Virus record (IMG/VR): IMGVR_UViG_3300044982_000128
Location: 12,839 to 76,838 of that record
Length of the DNA stretch: 64,000 nt
DNA from: a virus
Reading direction: 5' to 3' (one strand)
Part shown: one piece after another, positions 18,162 through 28,827 of the stretch
How the letters are laid out: each line of letters starts with the position of its first letter
Numbering within the stretch: position 1 is the stretch's first letter
Notes under the pieces: generated by a model
What the model saw: the letters and a program-made list of their open reading frames with translations, nothing else
What the model was told of the DNA's origin: nothing
The model's database searches: none
Program-made: the position numbers and the translations under genes

Positions 18162-20201
18162 TCATCCTTTTCTGTACCTCTTCGCGTGGAACCCTTCCGC
18201 AGCCAATGGCAGTCCCTTTGCCCACAGCGGCGTCGTTGACATGATTTCTTCCATCCGCTGTAAAGCCCACTCGGCGCGATCCTGCCGGACTTCTGCTACG
18301 GCTTCGTCGTGAACGTGCATGACTATCTCTATTCCCTCGGCTTCAATGAAACGCATCGCGTCGGCCAGCAGATCACGCGCGATCGCTTGCGTCATGTTCT
18401 CAGCCAGCGAGCCGCCGTAGGTTGAGACCCTTTGCCAACGGCCCTTGCTGTTCGGGTCAGGCAGTGTCTTTGCTTTCTTTTTCTGAGTCTGATCCACGAC
18501 CGTCATGAAGGTCAATTGTTCTTTTTCCTCGCCCCACGGAGTCGTAACCATTCTCAGCTCAGGGTAGGGGTAGCACAGGGCACGGCCGCTGGGCAGCAGA
18601 GCCCACAGGAAGGAACCCGACTTGCGGAACTTCACCTGACGACCGCCAGCGCCGGCGTAATGGACGCCGCCAGTCTTCATGGCGCAGGCTGTTGCCTCTT
18701 CTAATTCCCACCAATACCGCACAATTTTTTGATTTGCTGCGCGCCAGGCCAATTTGATGTTTTCGGCTTCTTCGTCGGTAATTTCGACGCTATATGTGCG
18801 GGCCATAGCCTGAAAACCGCCGACGCCGGAGCCAAATCCGAGGGCGAGAACCGCGACCTTCCCGCTCTGTCTCTGGGCTTTGGTGACCTCTTCCAAAGGC
18901 ACATGGTAGATGGTAGACGCAGCGTGCTCGTAGATGAGCCCGTGAGTCCTGAATACTTCCAGCACGCTCTCCTGTCCAGCCAGCCACGGTAGTACACGAG
19001 CCTCGACAGCGGAGAAGTCGCAGGCGACCAATTCATTTCCTTCGCCTGCAATCAGCATCCCGCGAAGACAATCCGAAATCGCCGCCATGGCCGGTCCATA
19101 GAACAGGTCGAGTCTTTCCTTATCGCCCAGCATCGAGAACATGGCCTCGATGTCCTCGAAGGTGATTCCCGGTCTGCCTCTAAAAAAATTCTGGGGTTGG
19201 ACTCCGCGGCCTCCCCATCGGCCTGTGGACGCGGCGTGGTACTGGTGCATGTTCCTTAACCGGCCGTCCGCAGACGCCTTCTCCCGCATGGTGACCAGTT
19301 TCGCCGTACTGCTCTTGGCGGCCTCCTGGCGAAGTTCGAGAGCGCGGCGCACGTTTGGAGGCATCGGAGTCACCCACGGCGGAAGCTCGTCATCCGCAGT
19401 CTCAGCGAGCGCCTCGATCACATCCGCCTTGGCCAGGCCGTCCATCTGAACGCCTTGCGCAGCGATCCACTTGCCGAGTACCTGGACTTCGTTACAAGAC
19501 CCGACCACGCCGCCTGTGACCCGCAGCATCTCTGCGTTCAGCCGCTTTTGCTCGGACTGGATAATCGCGATCGCCTTATCGGCGCTGGCGAGGTCGCACA
19601 TAACACCGCGGTTGTTGATCTTGTAGTCGAGTTCCCACAAGGCGCATTCGGACGGGGACAATTCCATCAGACGCTCAAGGCAGGAAAGCTCCGTCCTCAC
19701 GTCCTGCTGGTTGTACTCGTAGACCCTCATGAACTTGTCGAGGCTCTCGACATCGCGGCGCCACATTGTCCCGTCTTTCTTGGGTTTGCTTAGTTGCAAC
19801 ATGATCCTGTGGCCTTCAGCGTCCTTGCGCTGGTCGACGCCCAGGGCAGGCGCAGCGTCCTCCAGAGCGCCCGGCAGGGCCATGGCGTAGGCGCGCACCA
19901 TGGAGCAGCGGACCTGAGAGATGGGAAGAGGCTTCCAGCCGTATTTGTGCACTGCGCAGAGGTTCCAAAGAGCCAACTCGAAAGCTGCGTTCCAAGCGGT
20001 CAAGATCCCACCGAGAGCGAGGTGCTCTGTTATCTCTTCGGGAAATCGTTCACCCTCTACCCAAGTCTTCACGTGTTCTGGATCGGGGCCGTAAGAAAAG
20101 CAGTGTATACCTGTAGATTTATGCGTCGCGTAGTTATGCAATCCCGCTTTCTTCAGGTCCACTTCGGAATATGTTTCCTTGTCAAAACCCATCGATCGCA
20201 T
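18162..20201 (-). CDS. polA: DNA polymerase family A (phage type)
   Basis: ExoI D.ETYS, AWNAAFE, TGRWGG, motif A DFSAVEAR, motif B RQSGKVAVLALGFG, motif C HVHDE. Confidence 0.95.
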   Translation of the reverse strand: MRSMGFDKETYSEVDLKKAGLHNYATHKSTGIHCFSYGPDPEHVKTWVEGERFPEEITEHLALGGILTAWNAAFELALWNLCAVHKYGWKPLPISQVRCSMVRAYAMALPGALEDAAPALGVDQRKDAEGHRIMLQLSKPKKDGTMWRRDVESLDKFMRVYEYNQQDVRTELSCLERLMELSPSECALWELDYKINNRGVMCDLASADKAIAIIQSEQKRLNAEMLRVTGGVVGSCNEVQVLGKWIAAQGVQMDGLAKADVIEALAETADDELPPWVTPMPPNVRRALELRQEAAKSSTAKLVTMREKASADGRLRNMHQYHAASTGRWGGRGVQPQNFFRGRPGITFEDIEAMFSMLGDKERLDLFYGPAMAAISDCLRGMLIAGEGNELVACDFSAVEARVLPWLAGQESVLEVFRTHGLIYEHAASTIYHVPLEEVTKAQRQSGKVAVLALGFGSGVGGFQAMARTYSVEITDEEAENIKLAWRAANQKIVRYWWELEEATACAMKTGGVHYAGAGGRQVKFRKSGSFLWALLPSGRALCYPYPELRMVTTPWGEEKEQLTFMTVVDQTQKKKAKTLPDPNSKGRWQRVSTYGGSLAENMTQAIARDLLADAMRFIEAEGIEIVMHVHDEAVAEVRQDRAEWALQRMEEIMSTTPLWAKGLPLAAEGFHAKRYRKG

Positions 20202-20217
20202 GGAAATGGCCTTACTC

Positions 20218-20250
20218 AAAACAAAAAAGTGGGGAGGCTCACACCTCCCC
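20218..20250 (-). terminator. Rho-independent terminator between SSB and polymerase
   Basis: GGGGAGG-N6-CCTCCCC hairpin followed by a T-tract on the minus strand. Confidence 0.7.
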
Positions 20251-20266
20251 CTAACCCAACCACAAA

Positions 20267-20842
20267 TTAGCCGAAGATCGAAGTTGCGGTCTTCCCGTTC
20301 GCAGCCCCGGCGGGCACATCGACCGGCTCGAACGCCTTGCTGGCGGGAATGCGGCCGTTGCCGAGGGGATCATCGTCGCGCAGCTTCTGCACGTTCTGCA
20401 GGCCGAAGCTGACGCCCTTGTTGCCGGCGGTGTCGTATGCGAAGGCACGCACCTGGCAGCGGTACCATGCGCCTGAGTAGACGTCCGCGTCGTCGATGAT
20501 GTCCTGCAGCTTGTTGTCGACAATACCGGGACGGCGGTCCTCGTTCGCAGAGAAGGACATGATCACCCAATCATCACCGATGCCGACGATAGGGGCTTCA
20601 AGTTCCTCGTTGATGCGGAACGGAGAGCGCAGGGTTTTGGGGATCTTGTCGCCGAACTTCTCAGTGGCGGCTGCCTGAGCTTCCTTCTTGAGCGCGCTCA
20701 GATCCGCCTTGGGCGGAAATGCAGCGCGGATCGAGAACTTCGGCTTGCTGGTAGAACCATCCGCGTTTTTCATTGCGGTGGCGCGGAAGACACTGATGAA
20801 AGCGGCTCGGAACTCAGGCGTGATCAAATTTTCGCTTGGCAT
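20267..20842 (-). CDS. DUF2815 family single-stranded DNA-binding protein
   Basis: LRSPFR, VYSGAW.R, GNKGVSFGLQNVQKLRD; canonical position next to PolA. Confidence 0.9.
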   Translation of the reverse strand: MPSENLITPEFRAAFISVFRATAMKNADGSTSKPKFSIRAAFPPKADLSALKKEAQAAATEKFGDKIPKTLRSPFRINEELEAPIVGIGDDWVIMSFSANEDRRPGIVDNKLQDIIDDADVYSGAWYRCQVRAFAYDTAGNKGVSFGLQNVQKLRDDDPLGNGRIPASKAFEPVDVPAGAANGKTATSIFG

Positions 20843-21288
20843 GTGTTGCTCCTTTGTGTTTGTCGGTTGAGGGTTGTGGTTGTCGATGGGCTTAGGAGCG
20901 CGATGCTCAGGGCCTTACGAAATTAGTCTTTGAGGTATTGAGTAACCGGAGTGGATTCCAAGACTTCGATAATCTGAACTCGGTCGCAGGAGATCCGAAT
21001 CTCCATATGTGGATGGAACCTCTCTGGGTGAGCATTCAGAAACTCGACCACCAGGTTGGCTTTCTCAAGAAGCATTCTCATTGTTTCGCTTGAAGTCATT
21101 CCAGTATCCTCTTTCTGCGTGGCGCTGATGCCCAACAGCACATATGCTTCTTCCAAAGCCCAAAAAATATGTGCACGCTTACTGCCCATCCGGCTGATTA
21201 CCTCAGTTTTCTTTCTAACAGTGAAGCGATGTAGAGAACGCCCGCGCAAATGAAACCTAGAGCAAAGTAAATCATTCGAGTACCCCTT

Positions 21289-21609
21289 CTACGAATCTGT
21301 CAAACGCAGAGAGACAACTTCAATCTCTATGGTCTTGCGTTCAGGAACGTCTTTGATTTCGGTCCAACGTTCCTCGCCCGTATCCATAGAGTCCCAGGAA
21401 GTTGGGTATGAAACTTTGTTCACATGCACCCCGCGACGCCATTGGATGAGCGCGTTCTGAGCCGATTTCTGCGATGGAAAAAGTCGTACTGGCTTATCCT
21501 GAGTCGGCTCTTCCGGTTCATCCATCGAATAACCGCGCCGCTGATTGGGACGGCGAAGAAAGAACTTTTCAGTTCCTTTCACACGGAGCCCGAAGTACAC
21601 CATGTTCAT
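21289..21609 (-). CDS. Hypothetical protein
   Basis: ATGA-coupled ORF. Confidence 0.5.
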   Translation of the reverse strand: MNMVYFGLRVKGTEKFFLRRPNQRRGYSMDEPEEPTQDKPVRLFPSQKSAQNALIQWRRGVHVNKVSYPTSWDSMDTGEERWTEIKDVPERKTIEIEVVSLRLTDS

Positions 21610-22832
21610 TCGAGTATCCCCGCTAAAGTCGTCTCTGCGAATGCCGCCTTTGCATCGATCCTCACCGGATCGCGCTTGTCTGAAACATGCACCAGGGTGT
21701 GGCCGCTGGATTTCTTCTCCACGAATGGCTCGAGCACAGCGGCGCGTTCTTTGGCGTTCTTACCCGGTGCCATCTTCTCAGCATCGCCAATGCCGATCAG
21801 CGTGGGCTGCTCCCAAATTTCGAACGGACTGCAACCCAAAGCCTTCACCAACTGAGGCGAGATGTCGGCCCTTGAAGTCTCCTCTTTCCACTTGCGGATA
21901 GCCTGTTTGTCCACCAGCTTGTAGTCAGGGATCTCGATGCCCTTCTCTGCTTCGCCGTAAGCGAACTCACGGGTGTTCTTGATCCATGCCTCCAAGATCG
22001 GCATGAAGTCGAGAGCACGAGCGAGAGCGAGCGGGTCGTAGGCTGGCTTGGTCAGAGCTTTGTCAGGAGAGAGGACTGTAGGTTCTGAAAATACCTGCTT
22101 GGCCAAAGCCTGCGCCCTGTTTTTGATCGCAGGACACTTGGGGGATGCGGCGCACCAGCGGCAGCCTTTTTCGGAAGGTTTGAGAAAGTTGTCTTCCCAG
22201 CCTTTCGAACCTTTGGCCGTTTCAGCCAGTTCGGCTCTGCCCACTGCATCCAGCACATCTGCATGCAGGTCCAGAAGATCCGCGACGTCGAAGTCCACGC
22301 TGCGAATGAATCCGTCCGGGTGGTCGTAGCGCGGCTGTACTATCCCAATGTTGATCGTGCGCGCCGGCAGCTTCATCGTGAGCAGCGTCGCCAAGGCATA
22401 GATGCGGAGCTGGACGTTGCGTTCCACGTTGACGACTACGCCGGCGCCGTACTTCAGATCGCGCACGTAGAGAGTATGCGAATCCGGATGCCAGGTGATG
22501 AAGTCAGCAGTGCCGTAGACGTCCGTGTTGACCGCGACCTGTTTTTCAACGTAGACCTTCGGACCTTTGACCCGGATGCATTCTTCCACGTAGGTTTTTA
22601 CGTGCTTGTGAATCTCAGTTTCTTCACCGGGGGAGGGTGTTGGGGTCGCACCATGTTGCGCAAAGTGAAGCAGCAGCCACTTCTGCGCGTAGGCGTGGGC
22701 TCGCGTACCCTCGTCGGCGTACTCGGACTCGGACTCAGGCATGCCTTCGGAGAGCACAACAGAGCCGGGGCAGGTCATCCAGCGGTCCGCTCCCGATGGG
22801 GGTAGCTTGGAATGGAGAGAGGGACTACCCAT
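21606..22832 (-). CDS. DUF2800 PD-(D/E)XK (Cas4-like) nuclease
   Basis: PSGADRW..CPGS, EGT.AH, GTAD, DLKYG.G, QL.IYAL, CRWC...KC. Confidence 0.9.
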   Translation of the reverse strand: MGSPSLHSKLPPSGADRWMTCPGSVVLSEGMPESESEYADEGTRAHAYAQKWLLLHFAQHGATPTPSPGEETEIHKHVKTYVEECIRVKGPKVYVEKQVAVNTDVYGTADFITWHPDSHTLYVRDLKYGAGVVVNVERNVQLRIYALATLLTMKLPARTINIGIVQPRYDHPDGFIRSVDFDVADLLDLHADVLDAVGRAELAETAKGSKGWEDNFLKPSEKGCRWCAASPKCPAIKNRAQALAKQVFSEPTVLSPDKALTKPAYDPLALARALDFMPILEAWIKNTREFAYGEAEKGIEIPDYKLVDKQAIRKWKEETSRADISPQLVKALGCSPFEIWEQPTLIGIGDAEKMAPGKNAKERAAVLEPFVEKKSSGHTLVHVSDKRDPVRIDAKAAFAETTLAGILE

Positions 22833-22966
22833 TGGTAAGCCTCCCTTTAGAAAGAATCCGTGGTCGTGGTCTAAATTCTAAATACCCTACGATCAGACCG
22901 TAGAATGTGCCTACCACGAATCCCCAAAAAGCACGATCAATTCCGCTAAATCCAATCCAATGAAAG

Positions 22967-23500
22967 CTACCCATTGAGCGTAGCTGCAAGCTCATTCAGC
23001 TTGGCGGACTCCAGAGCAAGAGCCTCGGTGACTCGGTTGCATCCAAAAGCGCGCAGCTTCTCGATCGCGTCTTCCATGCTGTGCCGTGCGATGTAGCCGT
23101 TGAGCAGGGCGCGTAGCTGGTCCGCGTCGATCTTAGCTGAGTCGTTGACGGGTTGGGCAACAGCGATTTCGGCCCGCGCAGCGTCAGCGGCAGCCTTGCG
23201 CGCGGCTTCGGCGGCAGCGAGTTGATCTCCGACGGTGGGGGGTGCAGCAGCAGCGGCGGCCTGGTCGGCAGCGATCTGCTCTTTGGTGCGGCGGGTGCGC
23301 TTTGTTGTGGTTTCGGTTGTGGGCTCGACAAGGACGGGGCCACTGGATGTTTGTTCAACGCTGGCCTTGAGTTGTTCGTGGAGAGTGGTGGGGGCTGGGG
23401 TGGGTTGTTGGGAGGGCTGACCGTAGAGAGTGGACAAGAACACAAGGAGGGCTTGCGCTTCACTTGGGTTCATAGAAGCAGTGTCAAATTGGATGTTCAT
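22967..23500 (-). CDS. Ala/Pro-rich hypothetical protein typical of the DUF2800-DUF2815-PolA module
   Basis: Low-complexity linker and helical C-terminal domain; syntenic position. Confidence 0.6.
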   Translation of the reverse strand: MNIQFDTASMNPSEAQALLVFLSTLYGQPSQQPTPAPTTLHEQLKASVEQTSSGPVLVEPTTETTTKRTRRTKEQIAADQAAAAAAPPTVGDQLAAAEAARKAAADAARAEIAVAQPVNDSAKIDADQLRALLNGYIARHSMEDAIEKLRAFGCNRVTEALALESAKLNELAATLNG

Positions 23501-23607
23501 TTTCGGGTGTGCCTTTCAGTAGCTGAGTGTTGCGGGTTGAAATTGTGAAATAACTGTACGTCACTAATCTGGAGTTTGTCGAGAGGAAAAATTGGAAAAA
23601 TTTCAAG

Positions 23608-24972
23608 TCATAATATCTTCGCCAGTTCCCGCATTTTTTTCGTCAGGACATCTTGAACGTGTTCGTCGACACTTCCGTACAAACTGAAGATTCGAGCGCG
23701 AACAGGATTCCGCTGGCCGATGCGACAAAGACGCATGACAGCTTGGGCATTCAAACTTGGAACCCAATCCTGTTCGCAGAATATTGCCTCGTCACAAACG
23801 TTCTGCAAGCCGTCAACACCGGTTCCCATAGCAGCTATGTTACCCAGTATGAGTCTCACAGTTGGATAAGATTGGAAGCGATCAATGTTGGGCTGGCGCT
23901 TCTCCGCAGGAGTATCTCCGGTGATGGTAAGAGGGTTAAATGATTTCAATTTTTCAGTCAGCCACTTGATACCGATTTTGTGAATGCCGAAGACAACGAG
24001 CTTGGATATTTGGTTGGTAGTAAGATCTTCTGTTATGGCGTCGGAGATCGCGGGGAGTTTTGCCATCAGAGTGTAGCGACGGAGAGTAGCCAAACTGCTG
24101 GCCATAGATTCAAGAGTGGCAAGCTGAGAGTTGTCGTCACCACTGAGCGCTTCCCGGAGTTGAGCGTCAGCTTGCGTGATCTGTGGGATCATCGCTAGAA
24201 ACTCAGGCACCATCGCTGCATTGGATCGCGGAACCGTGATAGTCTCGAACATCGGCTCTTTGAGATCAGGCTGGACCTCTGCTTTTGAGCGACGAAGCAT
24301 GAAGGGCTCTAAAATCTTCTGAAGTTCTTCGACGTGCTTATGTTTAGAAAATCTGAAACCGTGCTCGCTATCGAATCCTTCGCAGAAAAAATACAACCAG
24401 TCCTGGTAAGGCATATCGGTGAGCCCAGCCGATCTAACATGGGTCCAGAGTTCTCCCGCATGGTTCAATGCCGGCGTTCCAGTCAGTCTCCAAGTGCGGG
24501 TAGCCTTTGTGATGAGCCCGGCGTACCGCTTGCCGGAGCCGTAAATAGCACGGGTTCTATATCCACTGGTGTTTTTAGAAACCACATACCTGGATTTTAG
24601 TGCGTGAGCTTCGTCGACGATAAGTACGTCCCATTGGACCGACATCAGCAAATCGAGATGCTTGACCACAGCATCATAAAAAATAATTACAACTCCGAAA
24701 GTTCGCGGAGTATCGCCGGGCATGCAAATCTGAAGCGGCCGATCCATCGGGCTGAAACGCTCGAACTCCCTGGCCCACTGGACCCTCGTGCTCGCAGGAC
24801 ACACCACAAGTATGTTGGCGGCAGCCACGAGGTCGACGCCTCGGATAGCAGTCCCCGTCTTGCCCACGCCTGGCACGTCAGCCAGAAGAGCTTGAATGCG
24901 AATCTTCAGCCATTCTGCGCCAGTGGTCTGGTAGTCGAAAGGCTGAATGAGCGGCGCGCGGTAGGGGATCAT
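23608..24972 (-). CDS. SNF2-like SF2 helicase
   Basis: LAD.PGVGKT, DEAH, LTGTP, QA..RL.RIGQ. Confidence 0.92.
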   Translation of the reverse strand: MIPYRAPLIQPFDYQTTGAEWLKIRIQALLADVPGVGKTGTAIRGVDLVAAANILVVCPASTRVQWAREFERFSPMDRPLQICMPGDTPRTFGVVIIFYDAVVKHLDLLMSVQWDVLIVDEAHALKSRYVVSKNTSGYRTRAIYGSGKRYAGLITKATRTWRLTGTPALNHAGELWTHVRSAGLTDMPYQDWLYFFCEGFDSEHGFRFSKHKHVEELQKILEPFMLRRSKAEVQPDLKEPMFETITVPRSNAAMVPEFLAMIPQITQADAQLREALSGDDNSQLATLESMASSLATLRRYTLMAKLPAISDAITEDLTTNQISKLVVFGIHKIGIKWLTEKLKSFNPLTITGDTPAEKRQPNIDRFQSYPTVRLILGNIAAMGTGVDGLQNVCDEAIFCEQDWVPSLNAQAVMRLCRIGQRNPVRARIFSLYGSVDEHVQDVLTKKMRELAKIL

Positions 24973-25465
24973 TTAGGACCTTGCCCACTCCCCGTTTTTG
25001 AAATCCAAAGTCCTCGCATAAATTTCATCCTGCTGCTCCGTCGTGATCTGGACACCAGGGCACTCGGATGCGAGCGATCCTTCAGCGCCGCCACAGACTG
25101 AGCAAATAAACAGATTGCAGACGTTGCAGCCGTAGGGACCGCAATCAAGATCGGGCGGATGTGTGGCTCGTGTGTGAGAAGTCATCGATTCTCCGTACCT
25201 TCCTGATAAAAATCAACACACATCGACGCGCCGTCGAGCCAGCGGACCGTTCCGTTTTGCTGATAGGCACGCTTAACTTTCATGCGCGAGCTATATGGTG
25301 CGTACTCCAGCACTCGGTACAAAACGTCGTATCCCGAAGTGGTGTAGCGAATGAGCGTGCCAACTGGATAAGCAAACCGAACCGCAGCAACAAAATCTTC
25401 TTCGGCTTTCTTCAAGCGTAAGCGAGACCGTTCCAATTTGGTCAGTCTTATTTCAGCTTTGACCA

Positions 25466-25966
25466 TCACAACCATCCTTTCGAATTTGCATAGTGGCGGC
25501 TCAGTAACGCAGCCTCAGCTCGTCCATCATCTTTCACTCTTTTGAACTCAGTCACATTCGCTGGCCACAACTTAGCCGCCAGTTCCCGAGCCCGCGTTTT
25601 GTTCTGGTCCTGACTCTCGCCGACCAACTTTCTCAGGCCGACAGCACTTTTCCAAACATTCGGGCTGATCAGTTCCATCGGAACACCCATGGCGCCCAAC
25701 ACCCCGTGCACCACGCCGGCACTGCGGCCGAAATTGAAAGCGCCGGCCTGCCGGGGCATACTGGAGACGTTCTCCACTACAGCGACGATTGAACCTCTGC
25801 TCATCGACTTCGCCAGATCCACGATCATCGCCACGCCTTCCGGAGATACTTTCCCGTCAATCGTCAGCATGTCCCAGATTTGAATTTTTCGAGTCGCAAT
25901 TTCATACAGGCAGAAAGCGCCGGAGAGCCCTGGGTCACAGGAAAGAATGTAGCGGGGCGGCGTCAC
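25466..25966 (-). CDS. RuvC-like Holliday junction resolvase
   Basis: DPGLSGA, VVENV, FNFG, P..WK, DGRAEAALL. Confidence 0.85.
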   Translation of the reverse strand: MTPPRYILSCDPGLSGAFCLYEIATRKIQIWDMLTIDGKVSPEGVAMIVDLAKSMSRGSIVAVVENVSSMPRQAGAFNFGRSAGVVHGVLGAMGVPMELISPNVWKSAVGLRKLVGESQDQNKTRARELAAKLWPANVTEFKRVKDDGRAEAALLSRHYANSKGWL

Positions 25967-26957
25967 CGCCTTATTCCTAAAGCTTGCTCAACGGCCGTAT
26001 AACTGAGCCCCGAGACCGTAATCTTTCCGGTAGAAATGTACAGATTCACCGTGGTGGCGTCAGCTAGTTTAAGGGTCCAGCCATCCTGTATCGGCTTACA
26101 GACAGTCCAAAACATACCGAATTGCTCTAAGCGTGTTTTGAGTCTCGTCATTACTTCCGGCTCCGGGGAGACGACATCGTCGATCTCAGCCATTAGCTTT
26201 GCCTTTCTTCACCCAAAGAAGCTGGTATCCCAGTCCGGCCGCCACCTTCACACTGATTGTCTGGTTGCCTGAGCGCATGGACCGCAGATGTGCTGAGTCC
26301 ACACCCAACTCCCGCGCGGCGCGCTCGCCGTTGCCATGGCCGGCCATGCGCCGGTCCAGAGCTGCGAGGACTTCATGGTCGTTGACAGGGCGCATTACCG
26401 CGGATTCCCCCAATAGTGCGGAACGTGAGGCAACAGGTGAATGACGTGAATCCCAACAGTAAACAAAATCAGATATGTCATGTGGTCCTTTCTCTTACTG
26501 AACTGTAATCCTTACTTTGCCTTCGGCACACTCGATTTCGACGAATCGTGTACTCTGCCGGTTCAAAATCGGCGCCAGCGGGAGCAGAGATCCAGACTGG
26601 CATTTCTCGCAGCGCTGCCGGTCGGATCCGACCCAGTTGCAATCCTGGCAAAGATTGGCGACGTCGAGATTCATCGAAAGACCAGCCAGATCGCGCCGCA
26701 GGAGATGAGACCGCAAATCCAGCCGATGGCCGTAATGCAGACGGTCTCCAGCAGATTATGGGGTTTGACCGGCAACACCTCGCCTCGAACCAGCAACTCT
26801 TCGTAAGGGTAGGGCTTGCAACTCGCGCATTGGAACGTTTCGAAGTATGCATCTTCACAGGTTGCTGCTGCTCCGTCGTGGAAGACTTCGGCGCCGCAGA
26901 CGCAGTGGTGGACGTGGTAGTACTCGACGTTCTGGTCGATGGGGGTGAGGGTGATCT

Positions 26958-27737
26958 TCATCGGGATTCCTCTTTCAATTGCGAACAGGAACGAGACAAC
27001 CACAATACTGCAGCCGTAAACGGGACGGCCAGAATCAAATCGAACAGGTAGTGTTGTCCGCTGCCAAGTGTCGCGAGCACCGTCAGGATGGCGAATGCTA
27101 CGCCGGCAATGGCGCCTGGGGTCCAGCGCCTCAGAAACCATAAACAGACCAGCGCGGAACTCATGTGCTCGCTTGGTACTCCGTTCGGCGGCGCATGCAG
27201 GATTATAGGGTGCGCGGCGTGCGCGGCCGTGATCGGCGGCAGAATGTGTGGCAGAATGGGGAACGTGGGGAAGGCGTACACCGGGCCGCAGACCGGCAGG
27301 ATGAGGTAAAAGACGACGCCGGCCGAATAGAGCAGCACGAACGTCCTGGCCACGGCGAGTGCTTCTCGTTCTCCCTGGCGGATCAAACAGATTGCAAAAG
27401 CCAGAAACATTGCAATCGGCATCAGACCATAAGCGACGGAGAGCGTGTCTTTGACCCACGAGTGCGCAAACACAACCTGCCCCAAGCGAAAACTCGGCTC
27501 CCCGAAGAAGGAGTCGAACCGATAAATGTAGAGGTCATATTTGAAAGGCCGCAACGGGCTCATAGCGTTCGCAATCAGTTGTGCGGCCATGCCGGCGGGA
27601 ACGACCAGCAGAACAGCGCAAAGCAGCCATTCGGTACGCCTGCGGCCAGTTGATGGGGAGGAGAACCAGCAGAAAGCCAGAGCGGGAACGATTATAGCCA
27701 AAGCGGCAATACTCGGAAACGCAAGGAGGAAGTTCAT
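26958..27737 (-). CDS. PAP2/inositol phosphorylceramide synthase (Aur1)-like membrane phosphotransferase
   Basis: Multiple TM helices; P..GP, NGVPSEH and GQHYLFD catalytic motifs. Confidence 0.8.
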   Translation of the reverse strand: MNFLLAFPSIAALAIIVPALAFCWFSSPSTGRRRTEWLLCAVLLVVPAGMAAQLIANAMSPLRPFKYDLYIYRFDSFFGEPSFRLGQVVFAHSWVKDTLSVAYGLMPIAMFLAFAICLIRQGEREALAVARTFVLLYSAGVVFYLILPVCGPVYAFPTFPILPHILPPITAAHAAHPIILHAPPNGVPSEHMSSALVCLWFLRRWTPGAIAGVAFAILTVLATLGSGQHYLFDLILAVPFTAAVLWLSRSCSQLKEESR

Positions 27738-28051
27738 CGTGTGTTTCCTTTGATCGTGTCGAACATCCGCTGACGATCCTCCGCGGGGAGAACGACGATG
27801 GTGACGAGCGCACCAAAAAGGAGAGCGAAGAAGACAGCGACCACAAAAGCGCGAATGACATGCATGGGTGCGTCTTTCATCGTTGCGGTCTCCCGTTCCC
27901 GTTGAAATTGCTGCGTCGAATACTCGCCAGCACACAAAGAGCGCAAGCAGCGAAACCAGCCAGGAACCCGAAAGCGACGCATTGAATGAGGGTGTTTGTC
28001 ATGTTGAAATAACCTTACAACAGAATGCTGTGTGTTGTCAATAGTAAAGTT

Positions 28052-28405
28052 TCAAGAAAATATGTCGGGAGCTGGATCGCTGGTAGTTGTGTTGTTGGTG
28101 GAAGGATACACCTTGCCGGCGCCTATGTAGGAGTCTTGTTTCTTCGGAGCTGGCAGGGGTTTGGGGGGAAGTTTTCCTGTGACCGTGACCTTGAGCCATG
28201 GGCCTTCCTCGATGGTTTGGACACGGAAGCCGGCTTTCTTTGCCTCAGCGTGGATCGTCTTCGGAGAGAATTTCGCTTTGGGGGTACGGAAGATGCCGCC
28301 GACTCCCATCAATTTGAAATTCGATTTGAAAAACTCGGTGGGCCGGTTGCTGCCCCTGATGGGATCGACGCGATCGTCATCCCAGTCCGTGTTTCGTCTC
28401 GCCAT
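28052..28405 (-). CDS. Small basic protein, paralogue 3 (ends PDIFS)
   Basis: Shared alpha/beta pattern and C-terminal motif with the two upstream genes. Confidence 0.6.
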   Translation of the reverse strand: MARRNTDWDDDRVDPIRGSNRPTEFFKSNFKLMGVGGIFRTPKAKFSPKTIHAEAKKAGFRVQTIEEGPWLKVTVTGKLPPKPLPAPKKQDSYIGAGKVYPSTNNTTTSDPAPDIFS

Positions 28406-28416
28406 GGCGTCCTCCC

Positions 28417-28827
28417 TTAACTGAAGATGTCCGGTGTGTTGTTGGGCTGCGGGTTCCGTCGCTTCTTCGGCGCCGATGGATCCGGCGGGTAGTGCCGAGT
28501 CTTGAAGTACCGGACATGGCCTGGGACGATCTCAGACATCACGCGCTCCCTCTGCGGGCCGAGAGATGTGACCCGGACCGTATCGAGCGCCGGATGCTCC
28601 TCGATCTTTATCCTGACCCTCGCGTTATCGGCCGCACCTTGTATCCTGTTCCGGTCCGCTTTCACTGTCATGCGAACCAGGAGGTCCTGCCCCTTCGCCA
28701 TTCCAATGAACGTCTTCAGCAGGTTCGCCCGGGTGTTCTTGAAGCGCACGACGTGAGTGTACGGCCGGGAGTAGGGAACAACGACCAAAGGCCGGCGGAG
28801 CGCGGTCTTGAATTTGCCTTTGGTCAC
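28417..28827 (-). CDS. Small basic protein, paralogue 2 (ends PDIFS)
   Basis: As above. Confidence 0.6.
   Translation of the reverse strand: MTKGKFKTALRRPLVVVPYSRPYTHVVRFKNTRANLLKTFIGMAKGQDLLVRMTVKADRNRIQGAADNARVRIKIEEHPALDTVRVTSLGPQRERVMSEIVPGHVRYFKTRHYPPDPSAPKKRRNPQPNNTPDIFS

Noticed and set aside
21606-22832. Cas4 / CRISPR system
   Set aside because: It is the DUF2800 replication-module nuclease; no array or other cas genes were seen.
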